DNA of 64,000 bases. It comes from Mobula birostris (lineage: Eukaryota). Shown in pieces: positions 14,086 to 26,999 of this stretch; the stretch's first letter is position 1, and every line of letters begins with the position of its first letter. Both the position numbers and the translations under genes were made by a program. Location of the stretch: the NCBI RefSeq assembly GCF_030028105.1, contig NC_092379.1, positions 45,618,150 through 45,682,149 of the forward strand. The letters run 5' to 3'. Below the pieces are notes generated by a model, which saw only the letters and a program-made list of their open reading frames with translations, made no database searches and was not told where the DNA came from.

Positions 14086-15048
14086 CTAGTTTAAAGCCTC
14101 CCTAATAGCACTAACAAACCTCCCTGAAAGGATATTTGTCCCTTTGTAGCTCAAGTGTAACCTGTCTCTCTTGTACAGGTCCCATCTGCCCCAGAAGAGG
14201 TCCCAATGATCCTGAAATCTGAAACCCTGCCCCCTACACCAGTTCCTCAGCCACTTGTTCGTCCTCCAGCGCATCCTATTCTTACCCTCACTGGCACGTA
14301 GCACAGGTAGCAATCCTGAGATTACCACCGTCGAGGTCCTGCTTTTCAACTTCCTACCAAACTCTCTATACTCACTCTCCAGGACCTCCTCACTCTTCCT
14401 TGCTATGTCATTGGTACCGATGTGCATCACGACATCAGGCTGATCACCCTTCCACTTCAGAATGTCATGCAAGTGATCAGAGACATCCTTGACCCTGGCA
14501 CCCGGGAGGCAACAAGCCATCCTGGATTCTCTGTCACAACCACAGAACCTCCTATCTGCACCTCTAACTATCCAGTCCCCTATCAATACCGCTCTCCTCT
14601 TTTCCCACCCTCCCTTCTGCACTGCAGAGCCAGACTCAGTGCTAGAGATCCGGCTACTGCAGCCTGTCCCAGGTAAGTCATCCCCCGCAACAGTATCCAA
14701 TGCGGTATACTTGTTGTTGAGGGGAATGGCCACAGGGGAACCCTGCTCTACCTGCCCTTTCCTCTTCCCTCGCCTGACAGTGACCCAGTTTCCTGTCCTC
14801 TGCTCCTTTGGCGTAACTACCTCCCTGTAGCTACTATCTATAATCTCCTCATTCTCCCGAATGATCCGCAGGTCATCCAGCTCCTGCTCCAGTTCCCTAA
14901 CGCGGTTTGTTAGGAGCTGCAGCTGGATGCAATTCTTGCAGGCGTCATTGTCAGGGACACTGGAGGGCTCCCTGACTTCCCACATCCTGCAAGAGGAACA
15001 TTCCAACATCCTGCCTGGCATTCTCTCTGCTCTAAATAATCTGAACAA
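14086..15048 (-). CDS. CR1 ORF1 protein: N-terminal CxxC, coiled-coil, SGNH/GDSL esterase-like domain
   Basis: ECSSCRMW...CKNC, LTNRVRELEQELDDLR, LIGDWIVRG (GDS motif altered to GDW), HIGTNDI, DRLHL. Confidence 0.88.
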   Translation of the reverse strand: MFRLFRAERMPGRMLECSSCRMWEVREPSSVPDNDACKNCIQLQLLTNRVRELEQELDDLRIIRENEEIIDSSYREVVTPKEQRTGNWVTVRRGKRKGQVEQGSPVAIPLNNKYTALDTVAGDDLPGTGCSSRISSTESGSAVQKGGWEKRRAVLIGDWIVRGADRRFCGCDRESRMACCLPGARVKDVSDHLHDILKWKGDQPDVVMHIGTNDIARKSEEVLESEYREFGRKLKSRTSTVVISGLLPVLRASEGKNRMRWRTNKWLRNWCRGQGFRFQDHWDLFWGRWDLYKRDRLHLSYKGTNILSGRFVSAIREALN

Positions 15049-15299
15049 AAAACTTACCGGAACCTACCCTGGCCTCTGCCTGTTCTCGCCGAAGCCTGTT
15101 GAGCCAAAGCCGTCCTGCTCTGACTCAGTTCACTCCGACGATATCGGCTGTATATGGTGGTCTGCATTTTAAACCTTGGCGCGCTACGTCATGCGCCTGC
15201 ACAGTGCAGACCTTTCTCCCCATGCGGTTTAAAAAAAATGACTTTCTACCCAATTTCTTCACTCCCTTCTTCTTTGCAGCCTGCTTCGACTGAAACCTA

Positions 15300-15830
15300 A
15301 TCATTTTAATTCTTATCCCCATTTCCGTACAGACATGTCAGCACCAGGCCTCCTCTTTTTCCATGAGCAGTCCACTCTCTGGGTGGAGGGGCAACACTTT
15401 ATATTTCATCCAGCTGGCCTCCAACCTGATTGCCTTTATATCAGTTTCTCCTTATTGTACTTTTCCCACCCCCTATCCTTCTATTCCTTCTAAGAGGATA
15501 TTTACCTCTTCTCCTCCCCCGAGTGCTCTTCCTTGTCCCCTTTCTTCCTTGGTTCACTCTCCTCTCCTGTCAGATTTCTTCTCCAGTGCTTTACTTTTCC
15601 CATCCACCTTGCTTCACATACCACCTTACAGCTAGTTCACCTTTCCCTCCCCCTCCACACTTTTTTTTATTATTCTGGTGTCTTCCTCCTTCCTTTACAG
15701 TCCTGAAAAGGGTTTTGGCTGAAAATATCAACTGTTTATTCATTTTCATAAATGCTGCCTGACCAGCTGAGTTTTTCCAGCATTTTCTGTGTGTTCCTTT
15801 GGGTTTCCAGCATCTGTAGAATCTCTTGTG
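15300..15830 (+). mobile_element. Penelope-like element 3' fragment
   Basis: Similar to the GIY-YIG C-terminal coding region (LxxEEQHLIFRLGSLQP) and pyrimidine-rich UTR of the other copies in the window. Confidence 0.6.
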
Positions 15831-16139
15831 TTTTTATTTACAGTAAACTACATTGTCCATGGTGCTGGTGGCGGTGGAGGCGGGAGCTGTTACCAAAGTT
15901 GCCTTGGCCAGACGGCATCTTCAATACCAGTGGGCAGGCTCTTCGCAAATAAATACATACATTCCATCCCCATGTTTACTCCTGCTATGTCCATCATGCC
16001 ATTCCCATATCTGTGAATCAAAGAACTGCAAACCCCATATATTGAGAATGGTATTATCTAAACAGCTACGCTGTTCAAAACAAAAAAAATACAAGTTTCC
16101 GGTGTGTCACATGAGCCATACTCGAGGTGGATTGGACCA

Positions 16140-17010
16140 TAAAACATAGGAGCAGACTTGGGCCATTAGGCCCATCGAGTCTGCTCCACCATGCAATGAT
16201 GGCTGATCCTTTCTTTCGACCTCTTCTTCAACCCCAGTTCCCGGCCTTGTCCCCGTATCCTTTGATGCCATGTCCAATCAAGAACTTATCAATCTCTGCC
16301 TTAAATACACTCAACAACCCAGCCTCCACAGTTGCATGTGGCAACAAATTCCACAAATTCTCCACCCTTTGGCTAAATAAATTTCTCCACATTTCTGTTT
16401 TGAAAGGATGCCCCTCTATCCTGAGGCTGTGCCCTCTTGTCCTAGAGTCTCCCACCATGGGAAACATTGTTTCCACACCTACTCTGGCTAGGCCTTTCAA
16501 CATTTGAAAGCTTTCAATGAGATTCCCCTCATCATTCTGAATTCCAGCAAATACAGACCCAGAGCCATCAAATGTTCCTCGTAAGATAACCCTTTCATTC
16601 CTGGAATTATCCTTGTGAATCTCCTCTGGACCCTCTCCAATGGCAGCCCATCTTTTCTAAGATAAGGGGACAAAAACCGTTCACAATACTCAAGATTCCT
16701 GGATTTTCTCCCTGTGTAGAAAATAGTGCGCACATTTATTTCTACTACCACAGTACATGACCATGGATTTTCCAGCATTGTATTTCATTTGCCACTTTCT
16801 TGCTCATTCTCCTAATCTGTAAAAAATCCTTCTGCATCCTACCTGTTTCCTCAACACTACCTGCCCCTCCACCGATCTTCATATCATCTGCAAACTTGGC
16901 AACAAAGCCATTCATTCCATCATCTAAATCATTTATATACTGCACAGCATAAAAATAAATGGTTCCCACATTGACCCCTGCAGAACACCACTAGTCACTG
17001 GTAGCCAACC
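16140..17010 (-). mobile_element. CR1 3' fragment
   Basis: YINDLDDGM...FADDMK, LERVQRRFTRIIPG, RTRGHSLRIEG. Confidence 0.87.
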
Positions 17011-18099
17011 AGAAAAGAGAGACAGCATCTAGTTCATTCTCAGATTCTGGTGCTAAATATTTCTTTTGAAACACTGAGGTAGACATTATTATCTTTTGTC
17101 TGTTTTTTCTCTGCCTTTCCCTTCTTTAACTTTTGCTCACTTTACTTTCTTACATGATTCATCTAACGTCTTTAGCATTTCACATCGACATTAAACAATG
17201 ACAGGCCACCCGATAGTCTCACATTTCCCGTTCTCTAACGGAGTCTGTAGGGTCACTTAGTCCATTCCACCAACATAATACACTTCGGAACATACCTAAT
17301 GGCTTCTGGTACAAACATGCACCGAGTCCTTCAGAGGTCCGGAAAAACGGGATTTTCATGCTACCATTCACGCACACACAATCGAGACGCGCGTTTCGGA
17401 ATTTAACCACATACTCACCGAGTTTCCCTCTGCTTCATGCAGGGCACAACCCGGACCAGTGCAACTTAATGTGGGACAATATCCAGACCATGGAAATCTT
17501 TTTTTTTTAACGCTGTAGTCTATGTATGTTGGTTTGACTTGACTGTTTCACACTGGAGGAAAATGTACGTTTCAGCAATAGACTCAGCCCTCTGTTTAAA
17601 TACAAGCAGCCTAGGATTTAAGACTGTTCGTCTACCGGGGTTGACTTACTTTCTCCCGTAGAATTAGCCTCCTCGGTGGAACCTCCAAGTAACTGTCGCC
17701 GCTGATAATAAAATAACGCACATCACTGGGCCTAGGCAGAACACACGCAGCCTTCCGACTCAAATTATTTAGTTTACTTATACACGAATAGAACAGCATG
17801 ACCCCTGTCCCCACAGTGTCTGAACAGAAAAAAATGCTGTTACTTTACAGATGGGCTTGTCAGTTAACGACATTGACCATTTGGTAAATTACATATTTTT
17901 GAGTTCCTTACAATCGCCAGGTGTGAAAAGCAAATCGCAACTTGAAGCTTGCAGCCGATGAAGTTAGTAAAGCAATTGTCCCTTAGTTGTTGGGTGTATT
18001 TTACATCCTTTTATCTCTATCTCGTCTGTCTCCAGCACTACTTACTCTGTAAAGGGACGCTATGTTCTTTTAATGAAACACTATCACAGTCATTCTCAC

Positions 18100-18590
18100 C
18101 GATCTGTCCGCAATGGCTAATTTGGTCCCCAGCGATCTCCCTTCTCTCATCTGACAACACAAGCCGCAGTCATCCTTTCCGGCTTGTGGTCTTCCATCCT
18201 TACCTCACCGCAATCTTTACAGTATGCCCAGGCTACAACACGTAATGTGATCCCGCATAGATTCTCTATCTTCCTCTGGTGCTCCCCTCCCCCTTTCTTT
18301 CTTCCAAGGCCCTCGGTCCTATGATACTCGCCCTTCTCCAGCCTTATCTCTTTTGCCAATCAACTTCCCAGCTCTTGGCTTCATCCCTCCCCTTCCTGTC
18401 TTCTCCTATCATTTCGGGTCTCCCCCTTCCCCGCCCACTTTCAAATCTTTTACACACTTTTTTTCCGTAAGAAGTGTCTCGACCCGAAACATCGACTGTA
18501 TTTCTTCCTAAAGTTGCTGCTTGGCCTGCTGCCTTCCACCAGCATATTATGTGTGTTGCTTGAATTTCCAGCATCTGCAGATTTTCTCAT
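18100..18590 (+). mobile_element. Penelope-like element 3' UTR fragment
   Basis: Pyrimidine-rich block ending gtctcgacccgaaacatcgactgt...cctgctg...ccagca, shared with the 27.6-27.97 kb copy. Confidence 0.6.
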
Positions 18591-18969
18591 GGTCCCGCAT
18601 AGACTGTTGAGTCTATTATCTTGCTATCATTGAGAATTGTAAAAGAAGGAGTCTATTATGTTTCTCGGCTGTAAACAAAGTCTCCAATCTTCCCTGTTGA
18701 GCTATCATCACAGTCAGTACTTACGGAGTGGCCAGATGATATTGCATTCGCGGTGGGCAGAAAAATGCATTACCATAACTGGAAAGCTGCCTGTCTGCTC
18801 ACATTGGAAGAACAATGTAGCTGTAAATGTATACAGTTCTTGGTTATTTATTTACTTTGGAAGTCCAATTTTATGTGGAAAGTTTCTGCATTTCTCATGG
18901 AACCGTGATGGCCTTCAGCCCGATCAAATACCCGTGAAAGGAGACCCTGTGAAGCCCATCGGTCTGTTA

Positions 18970-19436
18970 AAATAAGAGCATCTGACGGAACACAGCGCCT
19001 TGGTCGTGAGAGGACAGTAACGCAGAGCCTTGGTTGTGAGAGGACAAGAACATGGAACACAGAGACAGTTCCCAATTCAAGGTAGCGGCAAACGGCCAGA
19101 CCTACCTAGCGAAGGCGTGGACACAGAGACAGTTCCCAACACAAGGAAGCGGTAAATGGCCGGACCTACCTGGTGGAGGCGTGGACACAAGTGAGGTAGT
19201 AGGCAAGGCTTCAGGCGAAGGTAGCAGGCGAGGGCTACAGAACGAAAGGAAGGGACGGGAACAGTCCAGCAAATGAAGCTGAACCCAGGAGATATTTATG
19301 TATCCAGCCCAAAATCAGAGTTATATGCCTCAACTAAGGCACACAACAGGGAAAGGGAAAACCGAAAAACCTGGAATATGGATCGATGGACCGGACTATG
19401 AACCGGAATGCGGACTTCACGAACCGGACCATGACA
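18970..19436 (-). mobile_element. LTR-like repeat, same family as 45280-47190
   Basis: Reverse complement begins TGTCA and matches gaagtccgcattccggttca...ggtccatcgatcc, ctcctgggttca and ccttcgctaggtaggtctggccgtttg in the 45 kb copy. Confidence 0.75.
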
Positions 19437-19799
19437 TCACCGCGGTAACAGGAGTAACATTCCAATTCTTTAATATTAGGATCGAAACCTTTCATCCTAT
19501 TAGAAACCCAGGGGATGCCAAAATCTAATACTGTGGACCGTCAAGTGAGAACTTGCCCTAAATCACGAGAAAAATAAATTATCTCGGCAATAGATCATAT
19601 GCTTATCGTTGCAACACACACACAATGCTGGAGCGATCCCAGCAGGGCAGGCAGCATCTATGGAATAGAGTATGGTCGATGTTTCGGCCCGAAAGCCTTC
19701 GGCAGGACCGAAAAACAAAGCTGAGGAGTAGATTCAAAAGGTGAGGGGAGGGGAGAGAGAAACACAAGGACAGAGGTGAAACCTGAAGGGGGAGGGATG

Positions 19800-22365
19800 A
19801 AGTCATCATCATAACTTGTCATACAAAAACAGCCAGCCACCCTAGTGTTGTTTGGTTCATGTTGAGCAGGTCAGTGTCAGCTAAATCAGGTGAGAGTGGG
19901 TAGTTGCTCAGAACGTGTTCAATTTTCTGCACCCTTTCGCCACGCTCACAGGATTCACTGGTCTTTAAACCCCACTTCACCATATTGTCTCCTGTCCTAT
20001 AAACTCCCGCTCTCGCTCTGTTGAGAGTGCATCACTTCCGTCTGTCAAGCAGTTCCCCGTCTGGTAACATTTCTGTGCGGTCTTGCACTGTATTGTTTGG
20101 TGGGGATCTGGCTTCTGTTTGTTGCCAGAGGTCAATCCTGTGTGTTTGGGGATGTTCCGTGCGGTAGTTCCTCCACTGTAGCAAAGCTTTTCCTCAATTT
20201 TAGGCGGTTGGAAACTGGCACATGATGATGTAGTGTGTGCGTGGATCCGAGTTCTGTTTACCTTTTTCAATTTTTGTTGTAGTGTGTCTTCAGATCTCGG
20301 GGGGGGGGGGGAGGGCGGATGTCTGCAAGTCTGTAAATGACGTTAGTGGGTGTGGGGCGTAGTGTGTCCGTGATTATTCGGCGGGCTTCGTTAAGCAACG
20401 GGTCTATTTTCTTCGCATGGGTTGATCTACCCCACACAGGTGCACAGTATTCTGCAGGTGCAGAGCAGACTGCTAGGGCAGTTGATCTAAGTGTGTGAGC
20501 ATTAGCTCCCCATTTCGTGCCTGCAATTTTTTTTTTCAAGAGAGAATTGCGAGAGCCAACATTCCCTCGGAGTTTTTGGATGTGGGTGGCAAATGCAAGC
20601 GTCCTATCCAGTCTTACGCCCAGGTAAATTCGAATCAAATGGTGCTCGAGCTCCTTCCCACACCAGAAGATCTTCAGTTTCCGAGCTGCTCCATTGCTTC
20701 GAGAACTGCTGTTAAGTCGTATTTGATCTTCTTGGAGTGATTTAGCTTGTGTTGCTATTAATAGGTCGTCTGCATACATAAACCTGCGTGTGTTAGGAAA
20801 GGTTGGTTGGTCGTTTGTGTAGACATTATATAGTAGAGGTGCCTGGACTGATCCCTGTGGTAGTCGTTCTTTTGTGGACACCACCTACTCCTAATTCCAT
20901 TCATTTCTACATAAAATCTGCGATTTTCTAGGAGGCTTCTTATTACTTTGACTGTAGTTTAGTTCTTTTAGATAATTTCAGCAGAAGACCTCTGTGATTT
21001 ACAATGTCGTATGCTGCTATTAAGTCAACGAATACTGCCCCTGTAATTTGTCGCATTTCAAAGCCATCCTCAAGATACTGGGTTCGGGATGGTATGGAGC
21101 AAGTCCGGCCTGTCTTGAACCCGGATTGGTTGGTGTTAGAAGATCTTCGACTAAGGGCGATATTATTTTCAGTATGAGTCTCTCGTAGAGTTTATAGAGG
21201 GTGCAGAGCAAGGAAATCGTTCTGTATTTTTTTGGAATGTTGGGGTATTTATTAAGTTTTAGGAGAGCAACAACTCAGACTCTTCTCCACTTTTAAGTAT
21301 TTTTAATGATCTTAGGCAACAGTTAAAAAGGAACAGAAGCCAGTGGAGTGCTTTAGGTCCAAGATGTTTAAGGAATTCATTTAGAATCCCATCTATGCCA
21401 GTAGCTTTGTTGAATTTTAGCTATGATACTTCCATCCTTTGATTTTTCTAGGGTGAGAGGTAGAATGTTGTTATTCCCGTTTGACAGAGCTGACTCCATT
21501 TCCTGATGTTGCTTTTCCTTTTGCCTCCGTTCATTGTTATTTAGTCAACTCTTTAGTATTCGTTGGTGGACAACCTGATTGGGTGTTATGGCAGCAATTC
21601 TCTGTGGTGGTCTATTGTCTGAGTTGAGTTTCCAAACAGTTGCCCATGCCTTCTTACTGTTCTTGGTCATGTCTGTGTTTTCTATCAGTTCCTTCCAACG
21701 CTGTTGTGTCTCTTGGCTCAGTATGGACAGAACTGACTCTTCCACTTCAATTGTGTCTTGATCAAACGGGTCTTGGCCATATAAGTTGACATACTCATCA
21801 TAACTTGGTTGATATCACTGGTCAATCCCAGAATATATTTGGTTCTGCAGCCTCTAGGTATGTTCTGCTGCGCTACTTTCCAGATTAGTCGGACAAATTC
21901 ATCATACTGATCAGGTTCTGGTGGTATAGTATCGATAAGTTCATTAAGGTATACTGCGAAAGATGTCTAATTCGCATTTCTCACGTTAAATCTTAGTTGG
22001 TACTTTGATGGTACAGGTCTCAGAACTGGAAGGGATTCTACCTGGAGTGGGCGGTGTTGGGATTTGGGTATCCCCTCTTTGGGAAGAGGTTGGAGCTTGC
22101 GAAGGTAACAAAGGCAAGGTCTGGCTTGTATCCTTTTCCCCATCTGGCACTTGTGAAGGCAGGGGTGTCCTTTGACTCGTATAGTAGCTCAAGACAGTTG
22201 TTTAGAGCCCATGATACAACTTCTTCTCCATTTGCATCGTCATCTTCGTATCCACAGTTGGTGCTATGGCTATTAAAGTCACCAATAATGAGGTACATTT
22301 TGACCTGGAGATTTAGGTTAGCTGGCCACATGAATGGTTCATTAGGGGGATTGTAGACCGAGATG
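19800..22365 (-). mobile_element. Vingi/Ingi-like LINE (single ORF: endonuclease + RT), degenerate and 5' truncated
   Basis: SVYNPP, IGDFNSHST.CGY...SARWGKGYKPDLAF; LPQGSVQAPLLYNVYTND, YADD, GTKWGANAHTLRSTALAVCSAPAEYCAPVW; ends in a short (TGA)n-like tail. Confidence 0.75.
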
Positions 22366-24140
22366 AGTCAGAAGGCCATGGAAAAAAGTAAAAGGGGGTG
22401 GGGGGAGGAGCACCAAAGGGAGTCAATGGGCGGGCAAGGAGATAAGGTGAGAGAGGGGAAAGGGGATGGAAAATGGTGAAGGAGAGGAGGGTTGGAGAGC
22501 ATTACTGGAAGTTCGAGAAATCGATGTTCATGCTATCAGGTTGGAGGCTACCCAAACGGAATATAAGGTGTTGTTCCTTCAACCTAAGTGTAGCCTCACC
22601 ACAACAGTGGAGGAGGTCATGGATAGACATATTAGAATGGGAATGGGAAGTGGAACTAAATGGGTGGCCTCTGGGAGATCCCACTTTTTTCCAACGTAGG
22701 TACTCGGCGAAGCGGTCTCAAAATTTACATCGGGTCTCACGGATATACAGGGTGTAGCACTTGTTCCGCTTGCAAGGATAAGTGCCATGATGGAGATCAA
22801 TGGGGAGGGATGACCAGACAAGGGAGTCGCATAGGGAGCTGTTTCTGCGGAAAGCAGAGAGTCGGGGAGCGGGGTGGGGGAAAAGATGTGCTTGGCAGTG
22901 GGATCTTGTTGGAGATGGTGGAAGTTTCACTGAATTATGTGCTGGACACGGAGGCTAGTGGGGTGCAGGTGAAGTCTAAAGGAACCCAATCCCTGGTAGG
23001 GTGGCGGGAGGATGGGGTAAGAGCAGATGTATGTGAATTGGAAGAAATGCGGTTGAGTGCAGCGTTGCTGGTGGAGGAAGGGAAACCTATTTCTATGAAA
23101 AAAGGAGGACATTTCCTTCGTTCGAGAATGAAAAGCATCATCCTGGGAGCAGATGCGGTGCAGACGGAGGAATTAAGAAAAGGGAATGGTGTTTTTGCAA
23201 GTAACAGTGTGGGAAGAGGTATAGTCTAGGTAGCTGTGAGAGTCCATAGGTTTAAAATAGACATCAGGGGATAAGCTGTTTCCAAAGATAGAGAGAGCGA
23301 GATAGAGAAAGGGGAGAGAGATGTCAGAAATGGACAAGGTCAATTTGAGGGCAGATTGAGTAAAGTGCGTGAAGTCGACGAGTTCAGCATGGGTGTAGGA
23401 AGCAGCACCAATGCAATCTTCGCTGAGGTTGGTGACGGTGGATGGGAGATAATCAGAGTCAATGAGATTGGTGATGATGTGGCAGATAATGGCCTGATAT
23501 TCCTTAATGGGGTCCATTTCGAGAAGTAAGTAACAGGAAGTGTCTGAGATTTGGCGTTGGGCCTCAGCAGGGTAGAGGTAGTATGACAGACTTTTGCAGC
23601 ACCTCCTTTATCTGCGGGCTTGATGATGACGTTCGGGTTGTTATGGAGCGAGTGGAAAGCCTAGCGTTCGGAAGTAGTGAGATTATAATTGGAGAGACGA
23701 GTGTTGAAGTCTAGATGGTTGATGTCCGTCAGCAGTTGGCAAAGGAAAGGTCCAGAGCAGACAGAAGACCAGGGCGGGGTATCCGGGAAAAGTAGGAGAG
23801 TTGAAAACGGAAGAAGTAGTCATCGCTATGGGGTGGAGAGTCCTTGCCAAAGAAATAGGCTCAGAAACGGAGGCAGCGGAAGAAGAGCTCAGCGTCGTGG
23901 CGGGTGCAGAATTCACAGAGGTGTGGGTGCTGGAGGATAAAGGTGAGGCCTTTACTGAGAACAGGACGTTCTGACTCAAAGAGGGGATGGTCAAAGGAAA
24001 TGGTGAAGACCCGACATGGATGAGAGCTGGAATCAGAGGGGGTAAGTGGGTTGGTTGTGTATGAGGAAAAGGAGGGTTTGGGGTGTTCAGAGATGGTGGA
24101 GTGAGAGGAAGATAGAGTCTCCGAAGACCCAAGTGCTGGT
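22366..24140 (-). mobile_element. Penelope-like element (RT + GIY-YIG), degenerate
   Basis: LPFLYL...DVYFKPMDSHSYLDYTSSH, HGTYPCKRNKCYT, LYIRETR, LKEQHLIFRLGSLQPDSMNIDFSNF. Confidence 0.85.
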
Positions 24141-24729
24141 GGTGCTTATCGCTGTTTTGACTGACGCTATTTGCCTCCTACTTGTGACATATTACTGTCA
24201 GAATGTCAACAAAGAGAATGCAATAAAATGCTCATTGACTTTTTTTTTTTGCAACTGGAAATTCTCGGCTCAATTTCTCATGCCGTGAAATACTTTTTCA
24301 TATAGCTTTTACTCTTCAGTGAGAATGATAAAACTGAACCAGAATGCTAATTAAACCTACATGTTGAGTAAAGGAAATAAGTTAGGGAATTAACTCAGAC
24401 AACCAATGCTCGTTGAGGCTGACGATCAATCAAATAACCTTTTGTAGAATGTGACATGTTCCAAAGGAACTGAAACTATTACATGAATAATTAATTTTAT
24501 TCATGACTATTACAGAAGGATTTTAATCATTCAGCCTTAGCAATAACGTTTATAAAAAATAATTTATTCACATCACTGTCGAAGAAATTTAATCAGTAAC
24601 TTTTCCAACAAATGTTTTAAACCAATTCAAGAGCATTAAATAGATTGTAACTTTATTTAAAATAGAATTAGGAGTAGCAATCAGATGCTCAGTTATGCAA
24701 ATAGTTGATTTTGATGCGCTTCGTCATAT

Positions 24730-25330
24730 TGAATTGAATTGACTTCATTTCTTACATCCTTCACATACATGAGGAGTAAAAATCTCTACGTTACATCTCT
24801 GTCTAAATGTGCAATTTGCAATCATAGTAATTTATAATAATTTATAATAAATATAAAAGTCAATGGAATATAGAGTACACTCAAATCAGCGTGAGTTCAT
24901 CAGTCTGATGACCTGGTGAAAGAAGCTGTCCCGGAGCCTGTTGGTCTGGCTTTTATGCTGCGGTGCCACTCCCCGGATGGTAGCAGCTGGACTAGATTGT
25001 GGTTGGGGTGACTCGGGTCCCTAATGATCCTAAGGGACCTTTTTACAAACCTGTCCTTGTAAATGTCCTGAATCATGGGAAGTTCGCAATTATTGATGAG
25101 CTGGGGTGTCCGCAGCACTCTCTGCACAGCCCTGAGATTAAGGGAAGCACAGTTTCCATACCATGCAGTGATGTAGCGGGTGCGGATGCTCTCAATTGTA
25201 CCCCTGTAGAAAGTTCTTACGATTTGGGGGCCCATAGCAAATTTCCTCAACCGTCTGATGTGAAAGAGGCACTGTTGTGCCTTTTTCACCACACAGCTGG
25301 TGTGTACAGACCACGTGAGGTCCTCGGTGA
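24730..25330 (-). mobile_element. Rex1/Babar-type LINE 3' fragment
   Basis: VKKAQQCLFHIRRLRKF...FYRGTIESI...DPSHPNHNLVQLLPSG. Confidence 0.85.
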
Positions 25331-26139
25331 TTATTTAATATTTGAAGACATTAGTCAAATGTCTTTCATTGAATCAAAATCTGTTTTATTGAATCAATTT
25401 TGCTGGTCTATGGCGAACCGTTCCATGTTTCATGTTCTATGCTTACTGTGCTACGCAGAATCGGAATCAATTGATACTGAACCTCATCAGGCGATATTAA
25501 AATAAACTAGGACAAAGAGGAAGTTTTTAAAGGATAACAGGAATGTTAAGAGACCGGAACATTTACCAAAGGATTTCAAGGTCCTCAATAATTAAAAGCT
25601 AACTGTAACGTGTTAAAATATGGGGATGCTCAGTAGGGGAAAATTAGGGATCTGAGCTTGGTTAGGAAGCTGAAAGAGACAGATTACAGAGATCGGAGGG
25701 GTAAATGGAGAAAGACGTGAATTTTAAGACTGCTTAATTTGGATGCAAGTAAAGGACGAATAATATTCGAACTATTAAGCACTCAGCAAAACGAACTTAA
25801 AGATGAGGCTGATTTCTTGGTTGTCGAAGATACCTGAAGGAACATACGCGACGTTTGTGTTTCAACAATGCCACCAAAAGGAAAAAAATAAACAATAATC
25901 TGTCCTTTCAACGACAGATGCGCTGACACAGAAAATCGTGCTTGTTAACAATATGGGAATTAATGTCATAGAATCATATAGTATAGAAATAGGGTATTCA
26001 ACTCAGCATGCCTACTCTGACCAGTGATCAACAATCAGTATTAACCCAACCTTCCAGCACTCGGCTCAAAGCCACAAACGTGATTCCTGTGCTCCCACGA
26101 TTCATTTCAAATGCTGTCAATGACTCTGTTTCACTCGTT

Positions 26140-26970
26140 TTCGGCACTGTATGATTTTAGAGGTATTAATAGTGATCTACAAGGAATCGCTTGATTATGC
26201 AATGGTTTCAGAGGACTGGAAAATTGCAAAGGCCACTCCACTCTTTCAAAAGGAAGGGAGGCAAAAGGCAGGACATTACAGGCCAGGTACACTAACTTCA
26301 GTGCTGTAGTGCATTACTAAGGATGAAGTTTTGGGGTACTTGGAGGCACATGATAAAATAAAATGGTCTCCTGAAGATGCAGTCTTGCCTGACAAATCTG
26401 TTGTAATGTTTTAGAGAAATAAATACAGGACAGACCAAGTAGAGTCAGTAGATTTTGTCTACATGGATCTCTAGAAGGCCCGTTGATGTTAAGAAGCTAG
26501 TGCAGGAGTAGGAAGTGTTGATGAAGTAGCAAGTCCACGGAAAGACATAGATGGATTAGAAGAATGGCCAAATAAGTGGCAGATGGAATATACTGTAGGG
26601 AAGTGCATGGTAATGCACTTTGGTCAGAGGAATAAAGGCGTGGGATATTTTCCACACGGAGAATATTATCCCTCTCCACCCCATTCTCCTGCCTTCTCCC
26701 AGTAATCAATGACTCTCTTACAAAATCAAGAACATATCAACCTCCACTGGAGTATTGTGAGCAATTTTGTCACGTTGTCTAAGAAAGAATATGCTGACAT
26801 TTGAGATGATCCGAAAGTGGTTCACAAGAATGATCCCGAAATTAAATGGTTTTCATAGGAGGTGCATTTGATGGCCCTGTGTCTGATCTCGCTGGAGTTC
26901 ACAATAATGCGGTGGTGGTGGGCGGCGGGGGGGGAGGGGGGGATCTCATTGAAGCATATTGAGTATTGAA
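26140..26970 (+). mobile_element. Highly decayed CR1 RT fragments
   Basis: Nucleotide similarity to the RT region at 1.4-2.5 kb (gttccagaggactgg, gggaagtgcatggtaatgcactttgg). Confidence 0.65.
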
Positions 26971-26999
26971 TGACCTAGATAGAGCGGAGGTGGGGAAGG

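Larger units (their letters stand above)
11081..15235 (-). mobile_element. Near full-length CR1-type LINE (5' UTR, ORF1, ORF2, 3' UTR)
   Basis: ORF1 at 14086-15048, then collinear ORF2 pieces 13889-14083, 12458-13558, 11328-12563 and 11165-11347; CR1-type 3' UTR ending near 11081. Confidence 0.93.

Noticed and set aside
11208-14830. Many plus-strand ORFs of 60-140 aa
   Set aside because: Antisense shadows of the CR1 ORFs
17790-17830. Minus-strand CACTGTG followed by a TGG GGA CAG GGG (WGQG) J-like motif
   Set aside because: No nonamer at 12 or 23 bp, the heptamer overlaps the W codon, and no J-length frame ends at a splice donor
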